Origin: Acipenser ruthenus
Lineage: Eukaryota
DNA length: 64,000 nt
Assembly (NCBI RefSeq): GCF_902713425.1
Contig: NC_081214.1
Coordinates: 10,944,641 to 11,008,640 of the forward strand
Direction: 5' to 3'
Part shown: piece by piece, positions 1-11,977 of the stretch
Layout: the number at the start of each line of letters is the position of its first letter
Numbering within the stretch: the stretch's first letter is position 1
Made by a program: the position numbers and the translations under genes
Notes under the pieces: generated by a model
The model's database searches: none
Told to the model about the DNA's origin: nothing
What the model saw: the letters and a program-made list of their open reading frames with translations, nothing else

Positions 1-371
1 ATGACCATAGCCACGATTCAGTAACATGACCATAGCTACAATTCACTGACATGACCATAGCCACGGTTGAGTAACATGACATTAGCCACGATTGAGTAAC
101 ATGACCATAACCACGATTGAGTAACATGACCATAGCCAAGATTCAGTAACATGACCATAGCCACGATTCAGCAACATGACCATAGCTACGATTCAGTCAC
201 ATGACCATAGCCACGGTTGAGCAACATGACCATAGCCACGATTGAGTGTCATGACCATAGCCACGATTCAGTAACATGACCATAGCCACGATTCAGTCAC
301 ATGACCTTAGCCACGGTTGAGCAACATGACCATAGCCACGATTGAGTATGATGACCATAGCCATGATTCAG
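1..371. repeat. 25-bp tandem satellite, block A (consensus ATGACCATAGCCACGATTCAGTAAC)
   Basis: Direct head-to-tail 25-bp monomers readable in the sequence, with variants ...GGTTGAGTAAC and ...ATTCACTGAC. All copies have the same orientation. Confidence 0.95.
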
Positions 372-655
372 TAACATGATGTGGCAATATGCTCCGCCCC
401 TGTGTGCATTTGTGTGTTATGTGTTGTATGCCTCGTGTGTAAATGTTAGTGTATAGTCATTGGTACACAGGATATAAACAGGTCTGTGTTTCATGTGTAT
501 TTAAAAATGTAGATTTGTATTTAGGCACGAGAGGGGCACAAATCACTTCACGTGCTGCTTAAAATGTAATATGTGAGCACGGGGTTGCACGTAATTAATT
601 CACGTGCTGGGATTCAAGTGAATAATTAATTAGTAATTGAATCCCAGCACAACAG

Positions 656-664
656 TATATATAG
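656..664 (+). promoter_or_regulatory. TATA box inside LTR U3
   Basis: TATATATAG lies about 250 bp upstream of AATAAA and is conserved in all LTR copies (seen as tatatatact/tatatatag on the complementary strand in array copies). Confidence 0.55.
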
Positions 665-711
665 ATGCACGTTTGACTCACTCGTGGGTTGGGTGTTCGT
701 GAGTGGAGAAC

Positions 712-727
712 GGGAGAGAGAGAGAGG

Positions 728-774
<47 letters not shown>

Positions 775-781
775 CAGAAAA
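712..781 (+). repeat. (GA)n/(GAAA)n purine microsatellite inside solo LTR
   Basis: gagagagagagaggagaaagaaagaaag...aaagacagaaaag. Array LTR copies carry a different sequence at this position. Confidence 0.9.
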
Positions 782-911
782 GTTTGTTTTGCTTCACTCA
801 CCGTTTGTCTGTCTGTTTACTGTTTTAGTCCATTTTTGTTCGTCTATTTATTTTGGCCTCAAGTGCTGTGTCCTGTTTTCTGTTCTGTCTGTTTAACCAT
901 TTTACTTTCTT

Positions 912-917
912 AATAAA
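912..917 (+). promoter_or_regulatory. Polyadenylation signal AATAAA (LTR R region)
   Basis: AATAAA lies about 100 bp before the LTR 3' end. Array LTR copies have AATTATTAAATG (ATTAAA variant) at the same place. Confidence 0.5.
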
Positions 918-918
918 C

Positions 919-944
919 GCTGAGTGCTGCCATTTGCACTCAGC
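919..944 (+). other. Conserved stem-loop immediately after the polyA signal
   Basis: The stem is gctgagtgc/gcactcagc, 9 bp, with an 8-nt loop. Array LTR copies keep the stem gctgagc/gctcagc but have a different loop (gcgatcacgt). Confidence 0.5.
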
Positions 945-3900
945 TTCTCATCACCACCGTCTGTGTATTCCTTTCTGGTCTGACGCCACCCACTACGGCC
1001 GTCTTTGTGACACATGACCATAGCCACGATTCAGTAACATGACCATAGCCACGATTCAGCGACAAGACAATAGCCACGATTCACTGACACGAGCATAGCC
1101 ACGATTCACTGACATGACTATAGCCACGATTCATTGACATGACCATAGCCATGATTCAGTAACATGACCATAGCGACAATTCAGCAGCATGACCGTAGCC
1201 ACGATTCAGTAACATGACCATAGCCACGGTTGAGTAAGATGACCACAGTCAGGACTCAATAACATGACCATAGCCACGATTCAGTAACATGACCATAGCC
1301 ACGATTCACTGACATGACCATAGCCAAGGTTAAGTAACATTACCATAGCCATGGTTGTGTAAGAAGACCATAGCCACGATTTAGCAACATGACCATAGCC
1401 ACGATTCAGTAACATGACCATAGCCACGGTTGAGTAACATGACCATAGGCACGATACATTGAGATGACCATAGCCACGATTCATTGACCTGACCATAGCC
1501 ACGATTCACTGACATGACCATAGCCAAGGTTAAGTAACATGACCATAGCCATGGTTGTGTAAGAAGACCATAGCCACGATTTAGCAACATGACCATAGCC
1601 ACGATTCAATAACATGACCATAACCACGGTTGAGCAACATGACCATTGCCACTATGCATTGACATGACCATAGCCACGATTCATTGACATGACCATATCC
1701 ACGATTCAGCAACATGCCCATATCCACGATTCAGTAACATGACCATAGCCACGTTTGAGCAACATGACCATAGCCACGATTGAGTAACATGACAATAGCC
1801 ACGATACATTGAAATGACCATAGCCACGATTCATTGACATAACCATAGCCACAATTCAGTAACATGACTGTAGCCACAGTTGAATAACATGACCATAGGC
1901 ACGGTTGAGTAACATGAACAGAGCCACGGTTCAATAACATGACCATAGCCACTATTCAGTAATATGACCATAGCCACGAATGAGTAACATGACCATAGCC
2001 GTGATTCAGTAACATGACCAAAGCCACGGTTGAGTAACATGACCATATCCACGGTTGAGTAACATGACAATAGCCACGATTCAGCAACATGACCATAGAC
2101 ACGATTCAATAACATGACCATAGCCACGGTTGAGCAACATGACCATTGCCACGATGCATTGACATGACCATAGCCACGATTCATTGACATGACCATATCC
2201 ACGATTCAGCAACATGCCCATATCCATGATTCAGTAACATTACCATAGCCACGTTTGAGCAACATGACCATAGCCACGATTGAGTAACATGACAATAGCC
2301 ACGATACATTGAAATGACAATAGCCACGATTCATTGACATAACCATAGCCACAATTCAGTAACATGACTGTAGCCACAGTTGAATAACATGACCATAGGC
2401 ACGGTTGAGTAACATGACCATAGCCATGATTCAATAACATGACCATAGCCACGAATCAGTACCATGACCATAGCCACAATTCACTGACATGACCATAGCC
2501 ACGGTTGAGTAACATGACATTAGCTACGATTGAGTAACATGACCATAGCCACGATTGAGTAACATGACCATAGCCACGATTCAGTTACATGACCATAGCC
2601 ACGATTCAGCAACATGACCATAGCTATGATTGAGTATCATGACCATAGCCACGATTGAGTATCATGACCATAGCCACGATTCAGTAACATGACTATAGCC
2701 ACGATTCAGTCACATGACCATAGCCACGTTTGAGCAACATGACCATAGCCACAATTGAGTATCATGGCCATAGCCATGATTCAGTAACATGACCATAGCC
2801 ACGATTCAATAACATGACCATAGCCACAATTCACTGATATGACCATAGCCACAGTTGAGTAACATTACCATAGCCATGAATGAGCAACATGACCATAGCC
2901 ACGGTTGAGTAACATGACCATAGCCATGATTGAGCAACATGACCATAGCCACAGTTGAGTAACATGACCATAGCTACAATTCAGTAACATGACCATAGCC
3001 ACGGTTGAGCAACATGACCATAGCCACGATTCAGCGACACGACCATAGTCACGATTCAGTGACATGACCAAAGCCACGGCTGAGTAACATGACCATAACC
3101 ACAATTCACTGATATGACCATAGCCACAGTTGATTAACATTACCCTAGCCATGATTGAGCAACATGACCATAGCCACGGTTGAGTAACAGGACCATAGCC
3201 ACTATTGAGCAACATGACCATAGCCACGGTTGAGTAACATGACCATAACTACGATTCAGTAACATGACCATAGCCACGGTTGAGCAACATGACCATAACC
3301 ACGATTCAATAACATGACCATAGCCACAATTCACTGATATGGCCATAGCCACAGTTGAGTAACATTACCATAGCCATGAATGAGCAACATGACCATAGCC
3401 ACGGTTGAGTAACATGACCATAGCCACGATTGAGCAACATGACCATAGCCACAGTTGAGTAACATGACCATAGCTACAATTCAGTAACATGACCATAGCC
3501 ACGGTTGAGCAACATGACCATAGCCACGATTCAGCGACACGACCATAGTCACGATTCAGTGACATGACCAAAGCCACGGCTGAGTAACATGACCATAACC
3601 ACAATTCACTGATATGACCATAGCCACAGTTGATTAACATTACCCTAGCCATGATTGAGCAACATGACCATAGCCACGGTTGAGTAACATGACCATAGGC
3701 ACGATACATTGAGATGACCATAGCCACGATTCATTGACCTGACCATAGCCACGATTCATTGACCTGACCATAGCCACGATTTACTGACATGACCATAGCC
3801 AAGGTTAAGTAACATGACCATAGCCATGGTTGTGTAAGAAGACCATAGCCACGATTTAGCAACATGACCATAGCCACAATTCAATAACATGACCATAACC

Positions 3901-6843
3901 ACGGTTGAGCAACATGACCATTGCCACGATGCATTGACATGACCATAGCCACGATTCATTGACATGACCATATCCACGATTCAGCAACATGCCCATATCC
4001 ACGATTCAGTAACATGACCATAGCCACGTTTGAGCAACATGACCATAGCCACGATTGAGTAACATGACAATAGCCACGATACATTGAAATGACCATAGCC
4101 ACGATTCATTAACATGACTGTAGCCACAGTTGAATAACATGACTATAGGCACGGTTGAGTAACATGAACATAGCCACGGTTCAATAACATGACCATAGCC
4201 ACTATTCAGTAATATGACCATAGCCACGAATGAGTAACATGACCATAGCCGTGATTCAGTAACATGACCAAAGCCACGGTTGAGTAACATGACCATATCC
4301 ACGGTTGAGTAACATGACAATAGCCACGATTCAGCAACATGACCATAGACACGATTCAATAACATGACCATAGCCACGGTTGAGCAACATGACCATTGCC
4401 ACAATGCATTGACATGACCATAGCCACGATTCATTGACATGACCATATCCACGATTCAGCAACATGCCCATTTCCATGATTCAGTAACATTACCATAGCC
4501 ACGTTTGAGCAACATGACCATAGCCACGATTGAGTAACATGACAATAGCCACGATACATTGAAATGACCATAGCCACGATTCATTGACATAACCATAGCC
4601 ACAATTCAGTAACATGACTGTAGCCACAGTTGAATAACATGACCATAGGCACGGTTGAGTAACATGACCATAGCCACGATTCAATAACATGACCATAGCC
4701 ACGATTCAGTACCATGACCATAGCCACAATTCACTGACATGACCATAGCCATGGTTGAGTAACATGACATTAGCTACGATTGAGTAACATGACCATAGCC
4801 ACGATTGAGTAACATGACCATAGCCACGATTCAGTTACATGACCATAGCCACGATTCAGCAACATGACCATAGCTATGATTGAGTATCATGACCATAGCC
4901 ACGATTGAGTATCATGACCATAGCCACGATTCAGTAACATGACTATAGCCACGATTCAGTCACATGACCATAGCCACGGTTGAGCAACATGACCATAGCC
5001 ACAATTGAGTATCATGGCCATAGCCATGATTCAGTAACATGACCATAGCCACGATTCAATAACATGACCATAGCCACAATTCACTGATATGACCATAGCC
5101 ACAGTTGAGTAACATTACCATAGCCATGAATGAGCAACATGACCATAGCCACGGTTGAGTAACATGACCATAGCCACGATTGAGCAACATGACCATAGCC
5201 ACAGTTGAGTAACATGACCATAGCTACAATTCAGTAACATGACCATAGCCACGGTTGAGCAACATGACCATAGCCACGATTCAGCGACACGACCATAGTC
5301 ACGATTCAGTGACATGACCAAAGCCACGGCTGAGTAACATGACCATAACCACAATTCACTGATATGACCATAGCCACAGTTGATTAACATTACCCTAGCC
5401 ATGATTGAGCAACATGACCATAGCCACGGTTGAGTAACAGGACCATAGCCACTATTGAGCAACATGACCATAGCCACGGTTGAGTAACATGACCATAACT
5501 ACGATTCAGTAACATGACCATAGCCACGGTTGAGCAACATGACCATAACCACGATTCAATAACATGACCATAGCCACAATTCACTGATATGACCATAGCC
5601 ACAGTTGAGTAACATTACCATAGCCATGAATGAGCAACATGACCATAGCCATGGTTGAGTAACAGGACCATAGCCACTATTGAGCAACATGACCATAGCC
5701 ACGGTTGAGTAACATGACCATAACTATGATTCAGTAACATGACCATAGCCACGGTTGAGCAACATGACCATAGCCACGATTCAGCGACACGACCATAGCC
5801 ACGATTCACTGACATGACCAAAGCCATGGTTGAGTAACATGACCACAGTCACGATTCAATAACATGACCATAGCCACGATTCAGCAACATGACCATATCT
5901 ATGATTGAGTATCATGACCATAGCCATGATTGAGTATCATGACCATAGCCACGATTCAGTAACATGACTATAGCCACGATTCAGTCACATGACCATAGCC
6001 ACGGTTGAGCAACATGACCATAGCCACGATTGAGTATCATGACCATAGCCACGATTCAGTCACATGACCATAGCCATGGTTGAGTAACATGACCACAGTC
6101 ACGATTGAGTATCATGACCATAGCCACGATTCAGTAACATGTCCATAGCCACGATTCAGCGACATGACCATAGCCACGATTCACTGACATGACCATAGCC
6201 ACGATTCACTGACATGACCATAGCCACGATTCACTGACATGACCATAGCCACGATTCACTGACATGACCATAGCCACGATTCATTGACATGACCGTAGCC
6301 ATGATTCAGTAACATGACCATAGCGACAATTCAGCAGCATGACCATAGCCACGATTCAGTAACATGACCATTACCACGGTTGAGTAACTTGACCACAGTC
6401 AGGACTCAATAACATGACCATAGCCATGATTCAGTAACATGACCATAGCGACAATTCAGCAGCATGACCATAGCCACGATTCAGTAACATGACCATTGCC
6501 ACGGTTGAGTAACATGACCATAGCCACGATTCAGTAACATGACCATAGCCACGATTCAGCGACATGACCATAGCCACGATTCAGTAACATGACCATAGCT
6601 ACAATTCACTGACATGACCATAGCCACGGTTGAGTAACATGACATTAGCCACGATTGAGTAACATGACCATAACCACGATTGAGTAACATGACCATAGCC
6701 AAGATTCAGTAACATGACCATAGCCACGATTCAGCAACATGACCATAGCCACGATTCAGTCACATGACCATAGCCACGGTTGAGCAACATGACCATAGCC
6801 ACGATTGAGTATGATGACCATAGCCATGATTCAGTAACATGAT

Positions 6844-6889
6844 GTGGCAATATGCTCCGCCCCTGTGTGCATTCGTGTGTTATGTGTTA
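6844..6889 (+). mobile_element. 46-bp stub of the LTR 5' end (TGTGGCAATATGCTCCGCCCCTGTGTGCATTCGTGTGTTATGTGTTA)
   Basis: It matches the first about 46 bp of the solo LTR. The 300 bp upstream of it is near-identical to positions 20-371. Confidence 0.8.
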
Positions 6890-8262
6890 CTAGCCACAGT
6901 TGAGTAACATTACCATAGCCATGAATGAGCAACATGACCATAGCCACGATTGAGCAACATGACCATAGCCACGGTTGAGCAACATGACCATAGCCACGAT
7001 TCAGCGACACTACCATAGTCACGATTCAGTGACATGACCAAAGCCACGGCTGAGTAACATGACCATAACCACATTTCACTGATATGACCATAGCCACAGT
7101 TGATTAACATTACCCTAGCCATGATTGAGCAACATGACCATAGCCACGGTTGAGTAACAGGACCATAGCCACTATTGAGCAACATGACCATAGCCACGGT
7201 TGAGTAACATGACCATAACTACGATTCACTGACATGACCAAAGCCATGGTTGAGTAACATGACCACAGTCACGATTCAATAACATGACCATAGCCACGAT
7301 TCAGCAACATGACCATAGCTATGATTGAGTATCATGACCATAGCCACGATTGAGTATCATGACCATAGCCATGATTCAGTAACATGACTATAGCCACGAT
7401 TCAGTCACATGACCATAGCCACGGTTGAGCAACATGACCATAGCCACGATTGAGTATCATGACCATCGCCACGATTCAGTCACATGACCATAGCCACGGT
7501 TGAGTAACATGACCACAGTCACGATTCAATAACATGACCATAGCCACGATTCAGTAACATGTCCATAGCCACGATTCAGCGACATGACGATAGCCACGAT
7601 TCACTGACATGACCATAGCCACGATTCACTGACATGACCATAGCCACGATTCACTGACATGACCATAGCCACGATTCACTGACATGACCATAGCCACGAT
7701 TCACTGACATGACCATAGCCATGATTCATTGACATGATCGTAGCCATGATTCAGTAACATGACCATAGCGACAATTCAGCAGCATGACCATAGCCATGAT
7801 TCAGTAACATGACCATTGCCACGGTTGAGTAACATGACCACAGTCAGGACTCAATAACATGACCATAGCCACGATTCAGTAACATGACCATAGCCACGAT
7901 TCAGCGACATGACCATAGCCACGATTCAGTAACATGACCATAGCTACAATTTACTGACATGACCAAAGCCACGGTTGAGTAACATGACATTAGCCACGAT
8001 TGAGTAACATGACCATAACCACGATTGAGTAACATGACCATAGCCAAGATTCAGTAACATGACCATAGCCACGATTCAGCAACATGACCATAGCTACGAT
8101 TCAGTCACATGACCATAGCCACGGTTGAGCAACATGACCATAGCCACGATTGAGTGTCATGACCATAGCCACGATTCAGTAACATGACCATAGCCACGGT
8201 TGAGCAACATGACCATAGCCACGATTGAGTATGATGACCATAGCCATGATTCAGTAACATGT

Positions 8263-8301
8263 TGTGGCAATGTGCGCCGCCCCTGTGTGCATTTGTGTGT
8301 A
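8263..8301 (+). mobile_element. 39-bp stub of the LTR 5' end (TGTGGCAATGTGCGCCGCCCCTGTGTGCATTTGTGTGT)
   Basis: It matches the LTR start and has the same upstream satellite context as 372 and 6844. Confidence 0.8.
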
Positions 8302-11300
8302 TATCCACGGTTGAGTAACATGACAATAGCCACGATTCAGCAACATGACCATAGACACGATTCAGTAACATGACCATAGCCACGGTTGAGCAACATGACC
8401 ATTGCCACGATGCATTGACATGACCATAGCCACGATTCATTGACTTGACCATATCCACGATTCAGCAATATGACTATAGCCACGATTCAGTAACATGACC
8501 ATAGCCACGTTTGAGCAACATGACCATAGCCACGATTGAGTAACATGACCATAGCCACGATACATTGAAATGACCATAGCCACGATTCATTGACATAACC
8601 ATAGCCACGATTCAGTAACATGACTGTAGCCACAGTTGAATAATATGACCATAGGCACGGTTGAGTAACATGACCATAGCCACGATTCAATAACATGACC
8701 ATAGCCACGATTCAGTAACATGACCATAGCCACAATTCACTGACATGACCATAGCCACGGTTGAGTAACATGACATTAGCTACGATTGAGTAACATGACC
8801 ATAGCCGCGATTGAGTAACATGACCATAGCCACGATTCAGTTACATGACCATAGCCACGATTCAGCAACATGACCATAGCTATGATTGAGTATCATGACC
8901 ATAGCCACGATTGAGTATCATGACCATAGCCACGATTCAGTAACATGACTATAGCCACGATTCAGTCACATGACCATAGCCACGATTCAGCAACATGACC
9001 ATAGCTATGATTGAGTGTCATGACCATAGCCACGATTGAGCAACATGACCATAGCCACGATTAAGTATCATGACCATAGCCACGATTCAGTAACATGACC
9101 ATAGCCACGATTCAGTAACATGACCATAGCCACGATTCAGCAACATGACCATAGCCACGATTCAGCAACATGACCATAGCTATGATTGAGTGTCATGACC
9201 ATAGCCACGATTGAGTATCATGACCATAGCCACGATTCAGTCACATGACCATAGCCACGATTCAGTCACATGACCATAGCCACGTTTGAGCAACATGACC
9301 ATAGCCACGATACATTGAAATGACCATAGCCACGATTCATTGACATAACCATAGCCACGATTCAGTAACATGACTGTAGCCACAGTTGAATAACATGAAC
9401 ATAGGCATGGTTGAGTAACATGAACATAGCCACGATTCAATAACATTACCATAGCCACGATTCAGTAACATGACCATAGCCACAATTCACTGACATGGCC
9501 ATAGCCAAGGTTGAGTAACATGACATTAGCTACGATTGAGTAACATGACCATAGCCACGATTCAGTTACATGACCATCGCCACGATTCAGCATCATGACC
9601 ATAGCTATGATTGAGTATCATGACCATAGCCACGATTGAGTATCATGACCATAGCCACGATTCAGTAACATGACCATAGCCACGATTCAGCAACATGACC
9701 ATAGCTATGATTGAGTGTCATGACCATAGCCACAATTGAGCAACATGACCATAGCCACGATTCAATAACATGACCATAGCCACAATTCACTGATATGACC
9801 ATAGCCACAGTTGAGTAACATTGCCCTAGCCATGAATGAGCAACATGACCATAGCCACGATTGAGCAACATGACCATAGCCACGATTGAGTATCATGGCC
9901 ATAGTCACGATTGAGTATCATGGCCATAGCCACGATTCAGTAACATGACCATAGCCACGATTCAGTAACATGACTATAGCCACGATTCAGTCACATGACC
10001 ATAGCCACGGTTGAGCAACATGACCATAGCCACGATTGAGTATCATGGCCATAGCCACGATTCAGTAACATGACCATAGCCACGATTCAGTACCATGACC
10101 ATAGCCACGATTCAGTAACTTGACCATAACCACGATTCAATAACATGACCATAGCCACAATTCACTGATATGACCATAGCCACAGTTGAGTAACATTGCC
10201 CTAGCCATGAATGAGCAACATGACCATAGCCACAGTTGAGTAACATGACCATAGCCACGATTGAGCAACATGACCATAGCCACAGTTGAGTAACATGACC
10301 ATAGCTACAATTCAGTAACATGACCATATCCACGGTTGAGCAACATGACCATAGCCACGATTCAGCGACACGACCATAGTCACGATTCAGTGACATGACC
10401 AAAGCCACGGCGGAGTAACATGAACATAACCACAATTCACTGATATGACCATAGCCACAGTTGAGTAACATTACCCTAGCCATGATTGAGTAACATGACC
10501 ATAGCCACGGTTGAGTAACATGACCATAGCCACGATTCAATAACATGACCATAGCCACGGTTGAGTAACATGACCATAACTACGATTCAGTAACATGACC
10601 ATAGCCACGGTTGAGCAACATGACCATAGCCACGATTGAGTAACATGACCATAGGCACGATACATTGAGATGACCATAGCCACGATTCATTGACCTGACC
10701 ATAGCCACGATTCATTAACATTACTGTTGCCACAGTTGAATAACATGACTATAGGCACTGTTGAGTAACATGAACATAGCCACGATTCAATAACATGACC
10801 ATAGCCACGATTCAGTAACATGACCATAGCCACGATTCAGCAACATGACCATAGCCACGATTCAGCAACATGACCATAGCTATGATTGAGTGTCATGACC
10901 ATAGCCACGATTGAGTATCATGACCATAGCCATGATTCAGTAACATGACTATAGCCACGATTCAGTAACATGACCATAGCCACGTTTGAGCAACATGACC
11001 ATAGCCACGATACATTGAAATGACCATAGCCACGATTCATTGACATAACCATAGCCACGATTCAGTAACATGACTGTAGCCACAGTTGAATAACATGACC
11101 ATAGGCACGGTTGAGTAACATGACCATAGCCACGATTCAATAACATGACCATAGCCACGGTTGAGCAACATGACCATTGCCACGATGCATTGACATGACC
11201 ATAGCCACAATTCATTGACATGACCATATCCACGATTCAGCAACATGCCCATATCCACGATTCAGTAACATGACCATAGCCACGTTTGAGCAACATGACC

Positions 11301-11977
11301 ATAGCCACGAAACATTGAAATGACCATAGCCACGATTCATTGACATAACCATAGCCACGATTCAGTAACATGACTGTAGCGACAGTTGAATAACATGACC
11401 ATAGGCACGGTTGAGTAACATGACCATTGCCACGATTCAATAACATGACCATAGTCACGATTCAGTAACATGACCATAGCCACAATTCACTGACATGACC
11501 ATAGCCACGGTTGAGTAACATGACATTAGCTACGATTGAGTAACATGACCATAGCCACGATGGAGTAACATGACCGTATCCACGGTTGAGTAACATGACA
11601 ATAGCCACAATTCAGCAACATGACCATAGACACGATTCAGTAACATGACCATAGCCACGGTTGAGCAACATGACCATTGCCACGATGCATTGACATGACC
11701 ATAGCCACGATTCATTGACATGACCATATCCACGATTCAGCAACATGCCCATATCCACGATTCAGTAACATGACCATAGCCACGTTTGAGCAACATTACC
11801 ATAGCCACGAAACATTGAAATGACCATAGCCACGATTCATTGACATAACCATAGCCACGATTCAGTAACATGACTGTAGCCACAGTTGAATAACATGACC
11901 ATAGCCACGATTCAGTTACATGACCATAGCCACGATTCAGCAACATGACCATAGCTATGATTGAGTATCATGACCAG

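Larger units (their letters stand above)
372..1014 (+). mobile_element. Solo LTR (U3-R-U5) of an LTR retroelement inserted into the 25-bp satellite
   Basis: Termini are TGTGGCAAT...TTTGTGACACA (TG..CA). It contains the TATA box TATATATAG at 656-664, AATAAA at 912-917 and a hairpin downstream. Satellite flanks both sides; the left flank ends ...GTAACATGA and the right flank restarts (C)ATGACC, implying a 4-5 bp target-site duplication. The same about 570-640-bp element recurs five times at 27657-40566 in reverse orientation and again at 63687-64000. Confidence 0.8.
1015..11977. repeat. 25-bp tandem satellite, block B, with higher-order repeats (periods about 500 and 2250 bp)
   Basis: Same monomer and orientation as block A. 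Identical ORF-track translations recur at +500 (2865 and 3365) and +2250 (2865 and 5115; 2240 and 4490; 4452 and 2202). Confidence 0.95.

Noticed and set aside
587-655. An AT-rich inverted repeat, considered as terminal inverted repeats of a MITE or DNA transposon
   Set aside because: It lies inside the LTR and is present at the same internal position in every LTR copy. I treat it as an LTR enhancer or promoter element and not as an independent insertion.
1281-11952. Dozens of 60-150-aa minus-strand ORFs beginning MAMVMLLNRGYGHV..., also found in blocks C and D
   Set aside because: These are artefacts of the 25-bp satellite. One frame of the complementary strand has no stop codon, and the protein is 25-aa periodic (75 bp is 3 monomers). 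There is no start context and no conservation beyond the repeat.
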